Assembly: GCA_964016885.1 (NCBI GenBank)
Contig: OZ024740.1
Location: 91,574,001 to 91,638,000 of the forward strand
Source of the DNA: Eledone cirrhosa
Lineage: Eukaryota
Direction of reading: 5' to 3'
Length of the DNA: 64,000 nt
The notes beneath the pieces were generated by a model. The model had not been told where the DNA came from. It did not search any database and saw only the letters and a program-made list of their open reading frames with translations. Shown here one piece after another: positions 11,954 through 24,469 of the stretch (its first letter is position 1; each line of letters begins with the position of its first letter). Made by a program: the position numbers and the translations under genes.

Positions 11954-12544
11954 AGGAAAAAAGATAAAATCGAAAATGTAACTGTAGTTTTCTTTTTTTT
12001 AAATATATATATTTATTTGGTTCATATACCGGATTTTCGCAGGTCTTCTGCTTTTCAAAAGTAGAATTGAGATGGAGGGTTTGTAGTTTTTCCCACATCT
12101 GGCTGGTTTTTGAATGTTACTTCTATTTTATCTTGTAAAAAGTGGCTAGAAATGTTAGGTTTTTAGGGTAGTAATTTCGTTAGTTGGTGAACAAGTCTAA
12201 TAAATTTCGCGCCAGTTCAGGTTACAAAGTTGTTATTATATTTGCCTTTAAAAAGAAGGGGAGGGGAGCTCGTGTTGCCTTTTCATATATGAGTGAAGTT
12301 TGGCTGGTTGAGGCAGTCACTTGAATAAGCACATCAGCTTTCGCGCAAGTTTGTGTTTGAATTTCTTTTTACTTAAAAAGAAAGGTGGCTCGCGAAGGCT
12401 TTTTTTATATAAATGTAAATTGATTGGATATAAATGAAATTATGAGAGTGACGTGAACAAGTACATTAAATTTCGCGTCCGTACTTTGGAAATTTTTTGT
12501 AGACTTTTATAGAATTTTGTGCCAAAGAAAAGATAATGGTCAAG

Positions 12545-13887
12545 AAAAACAGGATGGAGGGAATGGACTAGAAGCAATAAGATTATGCCTAGAGAAATAT
12601 CCCAATGAGATATCTGACACAATAGAAACAAATTTCATCACCGCGGGATTATAAATTATTTTACAGAACAATTTACAAGCAAATATTTACAGTACTTACA
12701 AGCAAATATCGGGGATTGCGATGGGTACAAACGTCGCTCCAACTTATGCCAACTTAGTTATGGCTTACTTGGAAGTCCAGATATATGAACAGTCCAAATC
12801 AAAATACGGATTGAACTTCCACAAATATTTATCAGAGATTTTGAAACGCTACTTGGATTATTGTCTCATTCTTTGGTCTCACACACTCGACCAACTAAAT
12901 GATTTCAAATATGTAATTAAGGCATCAGTAACCACATCCAATTCACAATGGATTACAGCCAAAATCAACTCACATTTCTGGACATCTTAATCATAGAAAA
13001 AGACACAAATATTGAAACTGACATACACTACATACCAACAGATTCCAACAAATACCTGCTATTCACCTCCAACCATCCAAAGCACCCGAAGACGAACATC
13101 CCTCTTAACCTAGCAAGAAGAATTTGCACAATTGTCTACAATTATGAAACGCGAAATAAAAGACTTCTAGAATTAAAGAAAATTCTACTCGAAAGACAGT
13201 ACCCACCATTACTAATAAATAATGGAATAGAAAGGGCTAAAGCAATAGACGTTGATGAATTACGAAAAGAGAAACAAATTCAAGGTACGTCCAATATTCT
13301 ATCATATATCTCAACACAGAACCCAAGAAATGCGGAAGCTTAGAACACTATTCACAAGAACATCCCACTATTGAAAGAAGACCCAAGAATCAAAATAGCA
13401 CTTGAAACACACAAAAGCAAAAGGCAACCGAAATCACTAAAAACATTACAGACCAATGCCAAATTACCTACTCCAAACCCTCAAAATACTGTCAAAAAAT
13501 GTTTTTCGCTCTAAATGTGGAACCTGCACTCACCTCATTGAAGGCAACACGTATACATTTCAATCAGGACGAAATTTTGCTGTAAAAATCACTTCACTTG
13601 CTCATTAAACAATCTAATTTATGCCATTAAATGTAAAAGATTCAATGAAGATTATATAGGACTAACTAAACTCACACTCAGAAACAGAATGGCAGTTCAT
13701 CGCCAACAATTACTAGATCCTACCACAAGAAAGATACCAGTCATTTAGACACATGGGCGAGTAATAAGACACCCAAATTCCAACTCTTCCCATTTTATAT
13801 TTGCGCTGATAATACAACAGAACAAATACGAATAAATAAGTAAAATATGTTTATTCAAAAATATAGACCAGAATTAAATATAGTTTA
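12545..13887 (+). pseudogene. PLE reverse transcriptase plus GIY-YIG endonuclease, disrupted
   Basis: QISGIAMGTNVAPTYANLVMAYLE, RYLDYC, FLDILI, TDIHYIPTDSNKYLLFTSNHPKHPKTNIPLNLARRIC, NLIYAIKC...YIGLTKLTLRNRMAVHRQQ. Confidence 0.93.
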
Positions 13888-14259
13888 ATATACATTATGT
13901 CAACACCATAACGTGCTAACCATCCAAAGAGACATATACATACACATAACACCTATTTTAGAAAATAAAAACCAGATCTAAATAAACCTTAACATACGTT
14001 AATACTGTAACACCTTCACATGCTACCCCCCTCCCCACATACACATCACACACACACACACATAACTCCCTCCCCCATTTCTACTAACGGAATCATTTTC
14101 CTACACACACACACACACAAATATATATATTCTCTCCATCTTAACATACTAACCATACTCCCACACACATATACACGCACACTTACATACCATCCATACA
14201 CACACACCACTCCCTCTCCCATTTCTACTAATATAATCATCTTCCTGCACACACACACA

Positions 14260-14412
14260 CCATGCTTTGAGGCATAGAGTTACAGCCCTTGCCATTCTGC
14301 ATTCAAATCTCGCCGATGTTAACTTTGCTTGTCATCCTTACAGGGTCGATAAAATAAAGTACCAGCAATGCACTGGTAATTGTTGGCCTTGTGCCAAAAA
14401 GTTGAAACAATT
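14260..14412 (+). mobile_element. SINE, same family as 5098, inserted in the PLE 3' region
   Basis: Core GTCATCCTTACAGGGTCGATAAAATAAAGTACCAG. Confidence 0.88.
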
Positions 14413-15103
14413 ATCTTTTGTTTTGCACAAAGTTCTCTAAATACAACAAAAATTCTAAAATACGGGCGCGAATTTAATGTACTTTTTCACGTGACAGTCA
14501 TAATTTCATTTATAACCAATCAAATTACATTTATATAAAAAAAATCCTTCGTGGACAACCCTTTTTTTAAGTAAAAAGAAATTCAAATACAAACGTGCGC
14601 GAAAGCTGATCTGCTTATTCACGTGACTGCATCAACAAACCAAACTTCACTCATATATGAAAAAACAAACTGAGCCCCCGTCCCCCTTTTTTATGGCAAA
14701 TATAATAAGAACTTTGTAACGCGAACTGGCGCGAAATGTATTATACTTATACACCAACCAACCAAATTACTTCCCTAAAAACCTAGCATTTCGAGCCACT
14801 TTTTTCCATATAAAACATAAGTAACATTTTAAGACCAGCCAGATGTGAGAAAAAGTACAAACCCTCTACCTCAATTCTACTTTTGAAAAGCAGAAGAATT
14901 GCGAAACGCACCAAATAAATATATATAAAGGCACCAAATAAATATATATATTTATTTAGAAAAGACTCCCGTTGCATTTTCGATTTCATCTTTTTCCCTT
15001 ATACTTTCACTCGTGTAGGACACCTCGTTTTTTTTTCATTTTGTAAAAAAAAACTCACTTTCTAGTATATATATATATAGGAAAACCTGCTTCGTAGAAT
15101 CAA

Positions 15104-15198
15104 GACATATCTGAGGACCTGGCGATTTCAGAGTCAGGTCAGATCATCAGATCGATTGTGCCTCGAGCTGGTCGCCAGAGAAACGATTGTAATACGTC
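15104..15198 (+). ncRNA. Type I hammerhead motif with long stem-loop II
   Basis: GACATAT-CTGAGGA-cCTGGCGA...TCGCCAGa-GAAAC-GATT-GTA-ATACGTC; lies in a ~160 bp island between (TA)n tracts. Confidence 0.75.
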
Positions 15199-15239
15199 AA
15201 ATAAATTCCATTCGCCACATCACTGTTTTCTTTTTTTTT

Positions 15240-15302
<63 letters not shown>

Positions 15303-15313
15303 GTATATGTGTA

Positions 15314-15344
<31 letters not shown>

Positions 15345-15596
15345 TTACACCCACTCACACACATTTGTATAAATTTACATTTCCACAAATTCACCGACAC
15401 CTTCACACACATATTCACGCACATGTACCCCCCTCTTACACACAAAATGATAAATTGGATGAGTAGTTTCTTGGTGTGTAATTCTCTTTTTCTACCAGTT
15501 CATGGCACATAACTTATAGTCATATATTCCACTGGAGAACACTTTATTTAATGTTTATGCTTACTTCTACTTTTTCCAGTTATATTTTCAATAAAT

Positions 15597-15742
15597 AATT
15601 GTTTCTACTTTAGGCACAAGGTCAGGAATTACCCAGAGCATTACTGGTACTTTATTTTATATACCCTGTAAGTAAACCTCGGCGGGATTTGAACTCAGAC
15701 GGTAAAGGGACGTAACTATGCACCGATACTGCAAATCCACCG
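15597..15742 (-). mobile_element. SINE, same family as 5098, internally deleted
   Basis: TTGTTTCTACTTTAGGCACAAGG...CTGGTACTTTATTTTAT...CCTCGGCGGGATTTGAACTCAGA. Confidence 0.88.
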
Positions 15743-18226
15743 AATATTTGTTAACAAGATAAACTATTTTAATAAGGAACAATTTTGTATCTAGATATAA
15801 AGCACCATTATATAAATAATTCTATTTATTTCAGTGTATGTGATTGTGACCACAGTAGGAAATTTCAAATTTCAGTAATCCATTGAATAAGAGAACCTTT
15901 CATTTGTCATTTAAGTTGGTCAATAAACTTTCAAGGAAATTATTTTGCCTTTCTCACTCATTTGTGGTTTGTCTGCCTGAGTTTCACTGCAAGTATTTGT
16001 AAGGAGAGTGTTTGGTTTTGGTGGGGATTAATGCTATAATTAATTTCATTTACCATTCTATATCTAATCTGAGTTATAGTTTAAATTTTGTTTCAATCTT
16101 TTGCTCAGCTAATTATAATCCAATAGCAAATCTTGTTACATTGTATTATGCAATAGCACTCTATGTAATTTATATTATATTATTTCTCCATTAAGAATAA
16201 CTTTTAATGTGTTGTGTACACGATTATATTGATTGTTATTATTTTAGAATCAATTTATTCTTACATTTTTCGATCTTCTTTTACTTTAAGAATTATAAAA
16301 TTTGATATATAATTCGAGTTCAGAAATTATATATTAATTTGGGGAATGATAACGACAGCAATGTAATGAACAAATGTGCAGTGCAACAGCAATATTGAGA
16401 TACATTGGTAAATAATCATGTATTAAAAAATAAAACTGCAAAGCAAGTTTATCTTCAAGGCATGTATATTTTTGTTCCTACGTCCGCCGATAATATCAAA
16501 ACAAATTTCTGCCTCCTATCGCCAATATTTCTTCTGACAATTCCATTTCACATACCCATTGTTTTTATTCAATAATAAGGTCAGAAGGTGCTTATATAAT
16601 GCATCCACTCCATTTGTTCAGTATCGTTTAGTCAGATAATTTTCTTTCGAATATCTATCAATGAAAGTATATGTTCTTATTTTACACTAATTAATGCGTA
16701 GTCCTAGGTAACTTTTTCCTAACTTCCACAACTCCATCACATAAATATATCAGCTTCTATAATTCCATGTTCCTTTATTCTGGGGAGTTTTTCAATTTCC
16801 AATTGTCATATATTTTAAAACACGCATATTTTTTTTATTTTGAGTTGTCTCACGGTTAGATTAAGTTTTTCTATTTTTGCTATTTTCACAATTATTGAAA
16901 TTATACATTCACTTATATTATTTATGGGATGTATATGTATGTCTGTTTGTGTACATTCAGATGTCTGTTCGTATATGTATATACAACGTATCACATTCAA
17001 GCTAATACTCTCTTAGTTATAAAACTTTAAACGTAACCACACTGCTTAAATCACCATTCTATATATGTACCTTGAGAAAAAGGTCATTAATATTGCACCT
17101 TCTAATGTAATAGAGACGGCAGTCTTTAATTATATTTAGCCGTTATGTCTATATTGTGTTTAGATTATATATCAAAAAGTTGAATAGCTATTCCTTTCTT
17201 TCTGTGTACGCATGCCATGTTTAAAACACTACGATATTGTGCTTCTTGCCCTTCAATGAGAGCAGCATATTAAGAATGGATAATTTGGTGTACTGTATCT
17301 TATGCATCTAGATGCTTTTGACATTTCTTAGCTAAAATGTTAATGAAGATTCCTAACTTTTATTTACCGAGATATAAATGGGCAATTCAACAAATGAAGA
17401 TGCTGACTCAGTTTATCTACATATAAATGATCATTATGTTCGTTCAGATATTTTCTCTGAAGCCAATGTTTTTTTAATTATATTGGTTTGCCAAGCGGTG
17501 TCTCATGATATATGGTTACGGAATATAATCAGTGCAATAATTAGTAATTATGTTAGAAAAAGGACGCAAGAAAGGAAATAATTTGGTTGATACATAACAA
17601 CAGGTTATTAAATTATAATTAAACATATGAATTTTATTCAATCAAATTATTAAAATTAATTGGGAAATAATTAATACAACAGCAAATGAATAAATACGTA
17701 AATATGATATTCATGTTTCCTTAACTCTTTTTTTAGGTTGTTAGAAAATCAGATCTAAATCACTTGTTTCAATGCCAAATGTATATGAGAAGGATCACAA
17801 CTATCGTCATTCATCAGACATTTTCAATCAGATTATTTGTGTTGATTTGCAATGTACAATTAATACGTGCTTTAGAAAAGCAATAGCCACCAGCAATCTA
17901 ATACAGCTATAATCAGTAATTTGGGTAAACTCATCAATGGATCTTTGTTTTGTTATTTTTTAATCAATAATGACTATGCGATTTAACAGCGATATCAATT
18001 AATAGTTCGATGTCACATTTTACATTATCAAATTAATTAGTTATTCTAGTTCTCTCGCTTATAATAATTACCGAATCGGCATTTTTGTAGCTTTCTCCTT
18101 CTGCCGACATTCGCGTTATATATTCAAAACATAATACGCAGAAACACATGCATAATGACACACACATTATTTTAAAAAAAACATCCCACACATTACACAC
18201 ACACACGCACACAAACACACACACAC

Positions 18227-18265
<39 letters not shown>

Positions 18266-18372
18266 GGGAGTGTAACGTGAAGTTACTGTAGGCTCAACTA
18301 GGTGAGGACACGATGTATAGGTTAACGTCAGTGGCAAGGTATAGAGGTAAACAGAGTGTAATATAATAAAAC

Positions 18373-18562
18373 GAGGACGATTTGTTAAGCCTACATTACG
18401 TTTATTGATTGGCTGTTGAAAAAACAGTAAAACAGTAGAGATCCCCTGAGCATTTGATTCCAGATTAGGGCCAAATCGATAGATATCGAACCTTCAACTG
18501 ATCAAAAACGAAACGCGCGTCAACAATCAATAGATGTAATGAATGCTTAACAAATCGTCCTT
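18373..18562 (+). repeat. ~40 bp inverted repeat enclosing a hammerhead 3' half
   Basis: GAGGACGATTTGTTAAGC...TATTGATTG versus CAATCAATA...GCTTAACAAATCGTCCT; GAAAC-GCGC-GTC at 18510-18521. Confidence 0.7.
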
Positions 18563-18580
18563 ATATATATATACATATAC

Positions 18581-19680
18581 TTCGATTTGTGCAGTTCTTT
18601 GCAATTTTTGGAATAGATTTACTCATTTTGAATGCATCCGCCAAAAACCGGGGTTACCCCCCTAGCAGGGTAAACACGTGGGGTAGTCACTCCACCACTA
18701 CTACTGCATTGGAACCCGATAGCTGGCTGAGGACAAAATACCTGTTGATGAAATGGCTACTTTGTTCGATCGTTATACCAAATACTTACGAAATAGGGGT
18801 CACAGAAACCTCCCACTGGATTCTACCAAGAATTTCCAGGAGGTCCAGGTAAATGATTGTGTTAAGCTGTTTAGCTTGCTTCGTTGTCTTGGCTCCGGTG
18901 GGTGATGGCTTCACGACCACTGTTTTCATTTTGTCTGGCTTCTATAACATGTGTTAATTGCTGTAGTCTTCTTTGAGTCAATTGAGCGCTTGTCGCATAT
19001 CTCGAAAATTGCGTTTCGCTTTGATTTTTACCACAGCCAAAATTCGGTCTCGCTGAAATTATATTTATATTAATCACCCGGGCCTAGTAATTAATGATTT
19101 AATTATATTAGACAATTCTATTGACTAGTAAATTGCTTAAGTTTATTTCAAAACAACCTGGTCGAGAGCTTCATTCGATTTGTGCAGTTTTTTGCAATTC
19201 TTGCAATAATCTTACACATTTTGAATCCACCCGCCAAAACCGGGGTTAACCCCACCCCCCTAGCAGGGTAAACATGTGGGGTAATCACCCCAACACCACT
19301 ACTGCATTGGTACCCGATAGCTGGCTGAGAACAAAATAGCTGTTGACGAAATGGCTACCGTGTTCGGTCGTTATACGAAAAGCTTACAACGAAAGCCGGC
19401 AGTATAATTGATTTTGAGGTCACAGAAGCCTCCCGCTGGATTCTACTAACAATTTCCAGGCGTCCAGGTAAATTATTTTGTTAACTTGTTTAGCTTGCTT
19501 CGCACTTTTGGCCCCGGTGGCTAATGGCTTCACGACCACTGTTTTCATTTTGTCTGGCCTATATAACGTATGATAATTGCTCTGGTATTCTTGTAGTCCA
19601 TTGAGCGCTTGCCGCATATCTCGAAGATTGCGTTTCGTTTTGTTTTTGGCCACCGCCGAAATACGATCTCATTAAATTCT
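18581..19680. repeat. Diverged direct tandem duplication, period ~593 bp, ~1.85 copies, non-coding
   Basis: TTCGATTTGTGCAGTT at 18581 and 19174; colinear blocks such as CCTAGCAGGGTAAACA, CCCGATAGCTGGCTGAG and GGCTTCACGACCACTGTTTTCATTTTGTCTGGC. Confidence 0.92.
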
Positions 19681-19720
19681 ATTTGCATATATATATATAT
19701 ATATGTGTGTGTGTATGTAT

Positions 19721-19864
19721 AATTACAACAGTGACACAAGCAGGTACTTAAGTTTCGTTTGGTTCTGGATTCATTTAGCCTGACATTTTTCGTATGACAG
19801 GCTGATGAGTTGGGGTTCCGAACTCAACGAAATATAAGTACCTGTTTATGTCACTGTTGTAATT
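19721..19864. repeat. Fold-back element (39 bp outer arms) containing a hammerhead
   Basis: AATTACAACAGTGACACAAGCAGGTACTTAAGTTTCGTT versus AACGAAATATAAGTACCTGTTTATGTCACTGTTGTAATT. Confidence 0.9.
19797..19845 (+). ncRNA. Type I hammerhead ribozyme motif with intact core
   Basis: ACAGG-CTGATGA-GTTG...CAAC-GAAA-TATAA-GTA-CCTGT. The inverted arm preserves the palindromic stem III version GAAAC-TTAA-GTA-CCTG. Confidence 0.85.
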
Positions 19865-21068
19865 CGTTGGAACAAGATACACCGATTCTTTCACTTTTCG
19901 CTTGTTATTTGAACAGATAATATTACCCTAGATATATAAAATATGTATAGTGATAAAGTATTCTTTTGTTTAGTCATACTTATATTACACTACAGTATTT
20001 CCTATATGCATGTTATCATTCTTACCAATATATTCCTAATTACATATTCAAAATATATTTTATATGAAGTGTATTATTTCCTCACAAAATGCTTGTAAAC
20101 ATCTTCCAAGACCAACACCAACTTTCCAAAACTGAGATCACAGAAAAAAGACATAGAAAACTAAGCAACAATATTCACTTTCCATACGTGAATATATAAA
20201 TGTATATCGTTAAAACACGTCATCTGCTCTCGAAAATGGATCTATATATGATATGTTACCCCTTTCTATATTGTACACCACCGCTTAAAATCATCAGTTT
20301 GGACCATTCATAGGCCTTGAATCCTTAGGTAGTGCAATACATGTTATGGTCCATGATACTTAAATATATATATACATAGAGAGAGATAATTAAAGCGTAT
20401 ACATAGAATTAAAGCTCCGACATAAGTGTTTATATACATGTGTGTGTGTATTTTTATATCTAGCGATGTACGATATGTTTATGAATAAGTATTAGAAAGC
20501 CTTCAGCTAAGAATGTTGAAATGTGATAGTTAACGCCATCAGGAGGATTCCAGTTGCTGACTGCTGGTCAAGATAACGCTCCCGCTCCCTAATCTATACT
20601 GGAATACAATATAGGAAAAACCATATAGATTTGATGCCTATGTATATAGTCAGATATGCCTCATTTGCATATAGAGGGGCCAGCAGGCTCTGCATGAAAA
20701 TAGAATAGAATTGTTCGCTACGATAACCCATATGCATAAAAATATACATTAGAGACACTTAGCTATGAATTTTGGAAGTTGATAGCTAACGCCAACAGGT
20801 GGCGTCCATAGGCATCAATACTATGCTTTTGCACACATAGGATTCGACTAGAGAGTAGGGAGGTGAAGCGCTGTCTTGATAACGGCCCTCATTCTCAAAC
20901 AGTCAACTGTTGTCAGATTTCCCACCACTCCTTTTACCTGAATGAAGCTGACGCCACTAGCTTATCAACTTCTAAATTTCATAGCTACATATTGCTAATG
21001 TTTGTTCATAAACATGCCGTATATAAAACCACACGCACGCACACAAACACACACCCACACCCACACCA

Positions 21069-21141
<73 letters not shown>

Positions 21142-21354
21142 TACACACCCACATATATATATATGTGGGTGTGCATATATTTATGTGTGTATATATATAT
21201 ATGTGTGTGCGTATATATATATATGCAAAATTTCTATTTAAATTGTTGGGATACAACAAACAAATAGTTTTATAACTGATATAAACCACTCGACAAGTAT
21301 TTGGAGTAAATATACGATATTAACAAATGGAAACTTTATTTATAAAACCATATC

Positions 21355-21419
21355 TATTTTATTATACATATTTCAAGGATACCATGTTAAATTATGGTAT
21401 GCTTTCATCAGACAAAATA
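21355..21419 (-). ncRNA. Type I hammerhead motif, AU-rich family
   Basis: TATTTTGT-CTGATGA-AAGcATACCAT aatttaac ATGGTATcCTT-GAAA-TATGTA-TA-ATAAAATA. Confidence 0.8.
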
Positions 21420-22827
21420 CAATATATTACAGTTTTATAAAGAAATATTGACATACCCTTTCAAAATGGTTAAGTACTCAGGTATGAATAAATATTCTTC
21501 CTAAATATAAATATAAATATGATAATCTATTCTAGAAAAATATATTGAGAGCTCTTGAATGGAGAAAATATTTCCTATTTCTTATATTTTTTTATATTTT
21601 TCATATTTTTTTTTTTTTTATATTTTATTTATTTTTTATTAGGTTTGTTTTTATTCTCATAGCTGCTCATAATTTTCGAAAGTTTATCCTTTCAATATCT
21701 TGAGTAAAATATACGTAAGTTAAATTTCTATACTAAATCTATTAAACATATTATTTTAACTTTAGATAGTCTATACTATTTTAAAATATTTTAATATTTC
21801 AATATTTTAGAATCCTTTTGTTTTTAAGTTATATTGATATAATTATATTTCCAAAATATTATCATTTTATATTTTATGTACTCAATTATACTATGTAATA
21901 TATTGACGTATACTTATCTCTATACGAGTATGTATGTATATGTGTGTATTAACATACATATACATGTGTTATATGCATTTTTATGAATATATGTCTGTCT
22001 GTATATATGCATGAGTGACGCGTGTCTACCAATTGGGTGAGGATGCACACACATGTTTATATATGTATATGTAAGAATTGTGTGTGTACATGTACATGTG
22101 TACCCATACAATTTGATTGCAGATAGGCATAATTTAACAGCCATAAATGCATGAAAGCTAATCCTATATATTCTTATATATATATATATTAAACATTTTT
22201 ATTTAATAACACAGAAGATGTATAACATTAATAAAAAAAATAATTTATGATTTGTATGTATATATTATATACGGGAGTAGATATAATGTGTATCTTCTGA
22301 GTGCGTATATATATATATTTATGTGTATTTTTGCGTGTGTGTACGTGTTATATGATAGGTAATTTTCTTTAGCAATATATAGATTTCGTCATGTTTAAAT
22401 TCCAATTTTTCTAATATTTAAATTCAAATATTTCTAATTTTATTTATTCATTTCATCGCAATTGTTAACTTAACTTAATATGACATGACTTAAGGTTTTC
22501 GTTCTCTCCCTCTCTCTCTATCTCTATAATTCTCTCTCTTGATTTTTTCTCTCTGTCTGGTGTTTTGATATCTCTCTCTCGTTTTTCTCTTTTTTTTCTT
22601 TTTTTCTTTTTTTTTCTTCTTTTTTCCTCTTTTTCTCTCTTTATCATTCCCTTTCTATCTCCACTTTTATCTCTCTCGATTTTCTCTCTCTCAGTCTTTT
22701 TCCTTCTCCGTAACACAACGACGACTTACTAAGATAAACAAATCCACTATCCCTGATGTCTTCCAAAAGTAGCGGTTGCATTTTGAAAGGGTATGTCAAT
22801 ATTTATTTATAAAACTGTTATATATTG

Positions 22828-22892
22828 TATTCTGTCTGATGACAGCATCCCATAATTTAACATGGTATCCTTTAAATATGTATAATTAAATA
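22828..22892 (+). ncRNA. Degenerate partner hammerhead (G12>T)
   Basis: TATTCTGT-CTGATGA-CAGCATCCCAT...ATGGTATCCTT-TAAA-TATGTA-TA-ATTAAATA. Confidence 0.6.
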
Positions 22893-22931
22893 GATATGGT
22901 TTTATAAATATAGTCTCCATTTGTTAATATC

Positions 22932-23031
<100 letters not shown>

Positions 23032-23527
23032 TATATATATATTATGTATATATATATAAAGTTGTAATCCTCTCTGTTTGTTTGTTTATTCACGATCTCC
23101 TCCTATGGTTTTGGAGATAAACTCCCATAACCATATATATTCTGAAACTACATTGCCCTGGATACTTGAGTAAATATATTTCGTTTTAAATTATAGATGA
23201 ATGATAAGATATGATGCCTATTCACAGAATGTCAGCAAATTTCAATAATATTAAGACACCCTAATGGAGGGTAAACCCTCTATTAGGGTTCTCCGGAGTC
23301 ACAAACACCTGCTGAAACTGTTTTTCCTTCGATTCATATGAAATTCAAACCATATGACAAGTTATGATGTCTATTCAATAAAGTTTTGAATTGATATTTT
23401 GAAAAAAGTATTTACAAGAAACAAAAAAAGAATAAGATTTAATAATGTAATTTTGATTTGATAGACAAGGAAGCATTACAAACATGTAATGAAAAAGAAC
23501 TGCTCATAATGAGTAAGTTATATAAAT

Positions 23528-23637
23528 AATTATTTCTACTACAGGCACCAGGCCAGCAATTATCCAGTGCATTACTGGTACTTTATTTTATCGACCTCGT
23601 AAGGATGAAAGGAAAAGTCAACCTCAGCTGGATTTGT
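23528..23637 (-). mobile_element. SINE 3' half, same family as 5098
   Basis: Reverse complement of the core and tail. Confidence 0.88.
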
Positions 23638-23646
23638 ACATTATAT

Positions 23647-23760
23647 AGTTCAAATCCCGCCGAGGTCAAATTTGCCTCTCATCCTTACGGGGTAGATAAC
23701 ATAAAGTACCAGCACTGTACTTCTTAATTGCTGGCCTTGTGCCAAAAGGAGAAATAATTA
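23647..23760 (+). mobile_element. SINE 3' half, head-to-head with the previous copy
   Basis: AGTTCAAATCCCGCCGAGG...GGCCTTGTGCCAAAAGGAGAAATAATT. Confidence 0.88.
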
Positions 23761-24469
23761 TATATATTATAATATATAATTATACCAATTCGTTTTTAGA
23801 GAAAATAAAAGCATTTCTAAGATAAAAAATATTAACATTTCAATGTTAATTGCGATCTTATCTTTGTTAATTTTCTCTAATGGTACACACATACTCACAA
23901 ACTTGCGCACTATGCCCCCCCCCCCATATATATATACTGTAGTGTAGGCTTCGTGGAAATATCCAAGGGTAAGTTCACTCGGCCCATATGATGAGTTAGT
24001 TATAATTAGTTAAAACAATGACATATACAGATTATTAATATCCGTAGCGTTTTACACCCCAACTCATTCATCCTGTTATATAAAAGAATGTCTCTCTCCG
24101 CATGGAGACTTGAGTTTTTAAGAAAAAACACGAACATTCTTCGAGGCAGGTAATATAGAACGTGGCCATAAATAAAGTCATATTATAGATAATGTAAGTG
24201 TTGATAACCGTCAAACGAGACTACAAGGTGCGGAGCTTGTGCCAAATTCTTTCAAATTAATATAATCTAGTCCATTTTCTATTCTTATAATTTCACAAAT
24301 GTTTGCCAATAGAAAAAGATTCGATTTCTAACATAGTTACAAGACTTTCTCATTGGAACGTCTGCATTCTGCATGCATGTGTGTGCAGGTATGGATGTTA
24401 TTGTATGTTTGGGTGTGTATGTTTTGAGTTATATGTGTGCATGGGAATATGCTTTGTATCTGTACAAGT

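Larger units (their letters stand above)
11952..15002 (+). mobile_element. Penelope-like element, 5'-truncated, flanked by ~585 bp inverted terminal repeats (11952-12538 and 14410-15002)
   Basis: The left block is the reverse complement of the right block along its length (e.g. TTCTGCTTTTCAAAAGTAGAATTGAG versus CTCAATTCTACTTTTGAAAAGCAGAA). RT and endonuclease pseudogene in between. Confidence 0.9.

Noticed and set aside
17378-17581. 67 aa ORF MGNSTNEDADS...
   Set aside because: Short, with no recognisable domain or splice support.
23059-23400. Possible non-autonomous Helitron or DNA-element start after (TA)n with (GTTT)n
   Set aside because: No matching 3' hairpin-CTAG or TIR identified.
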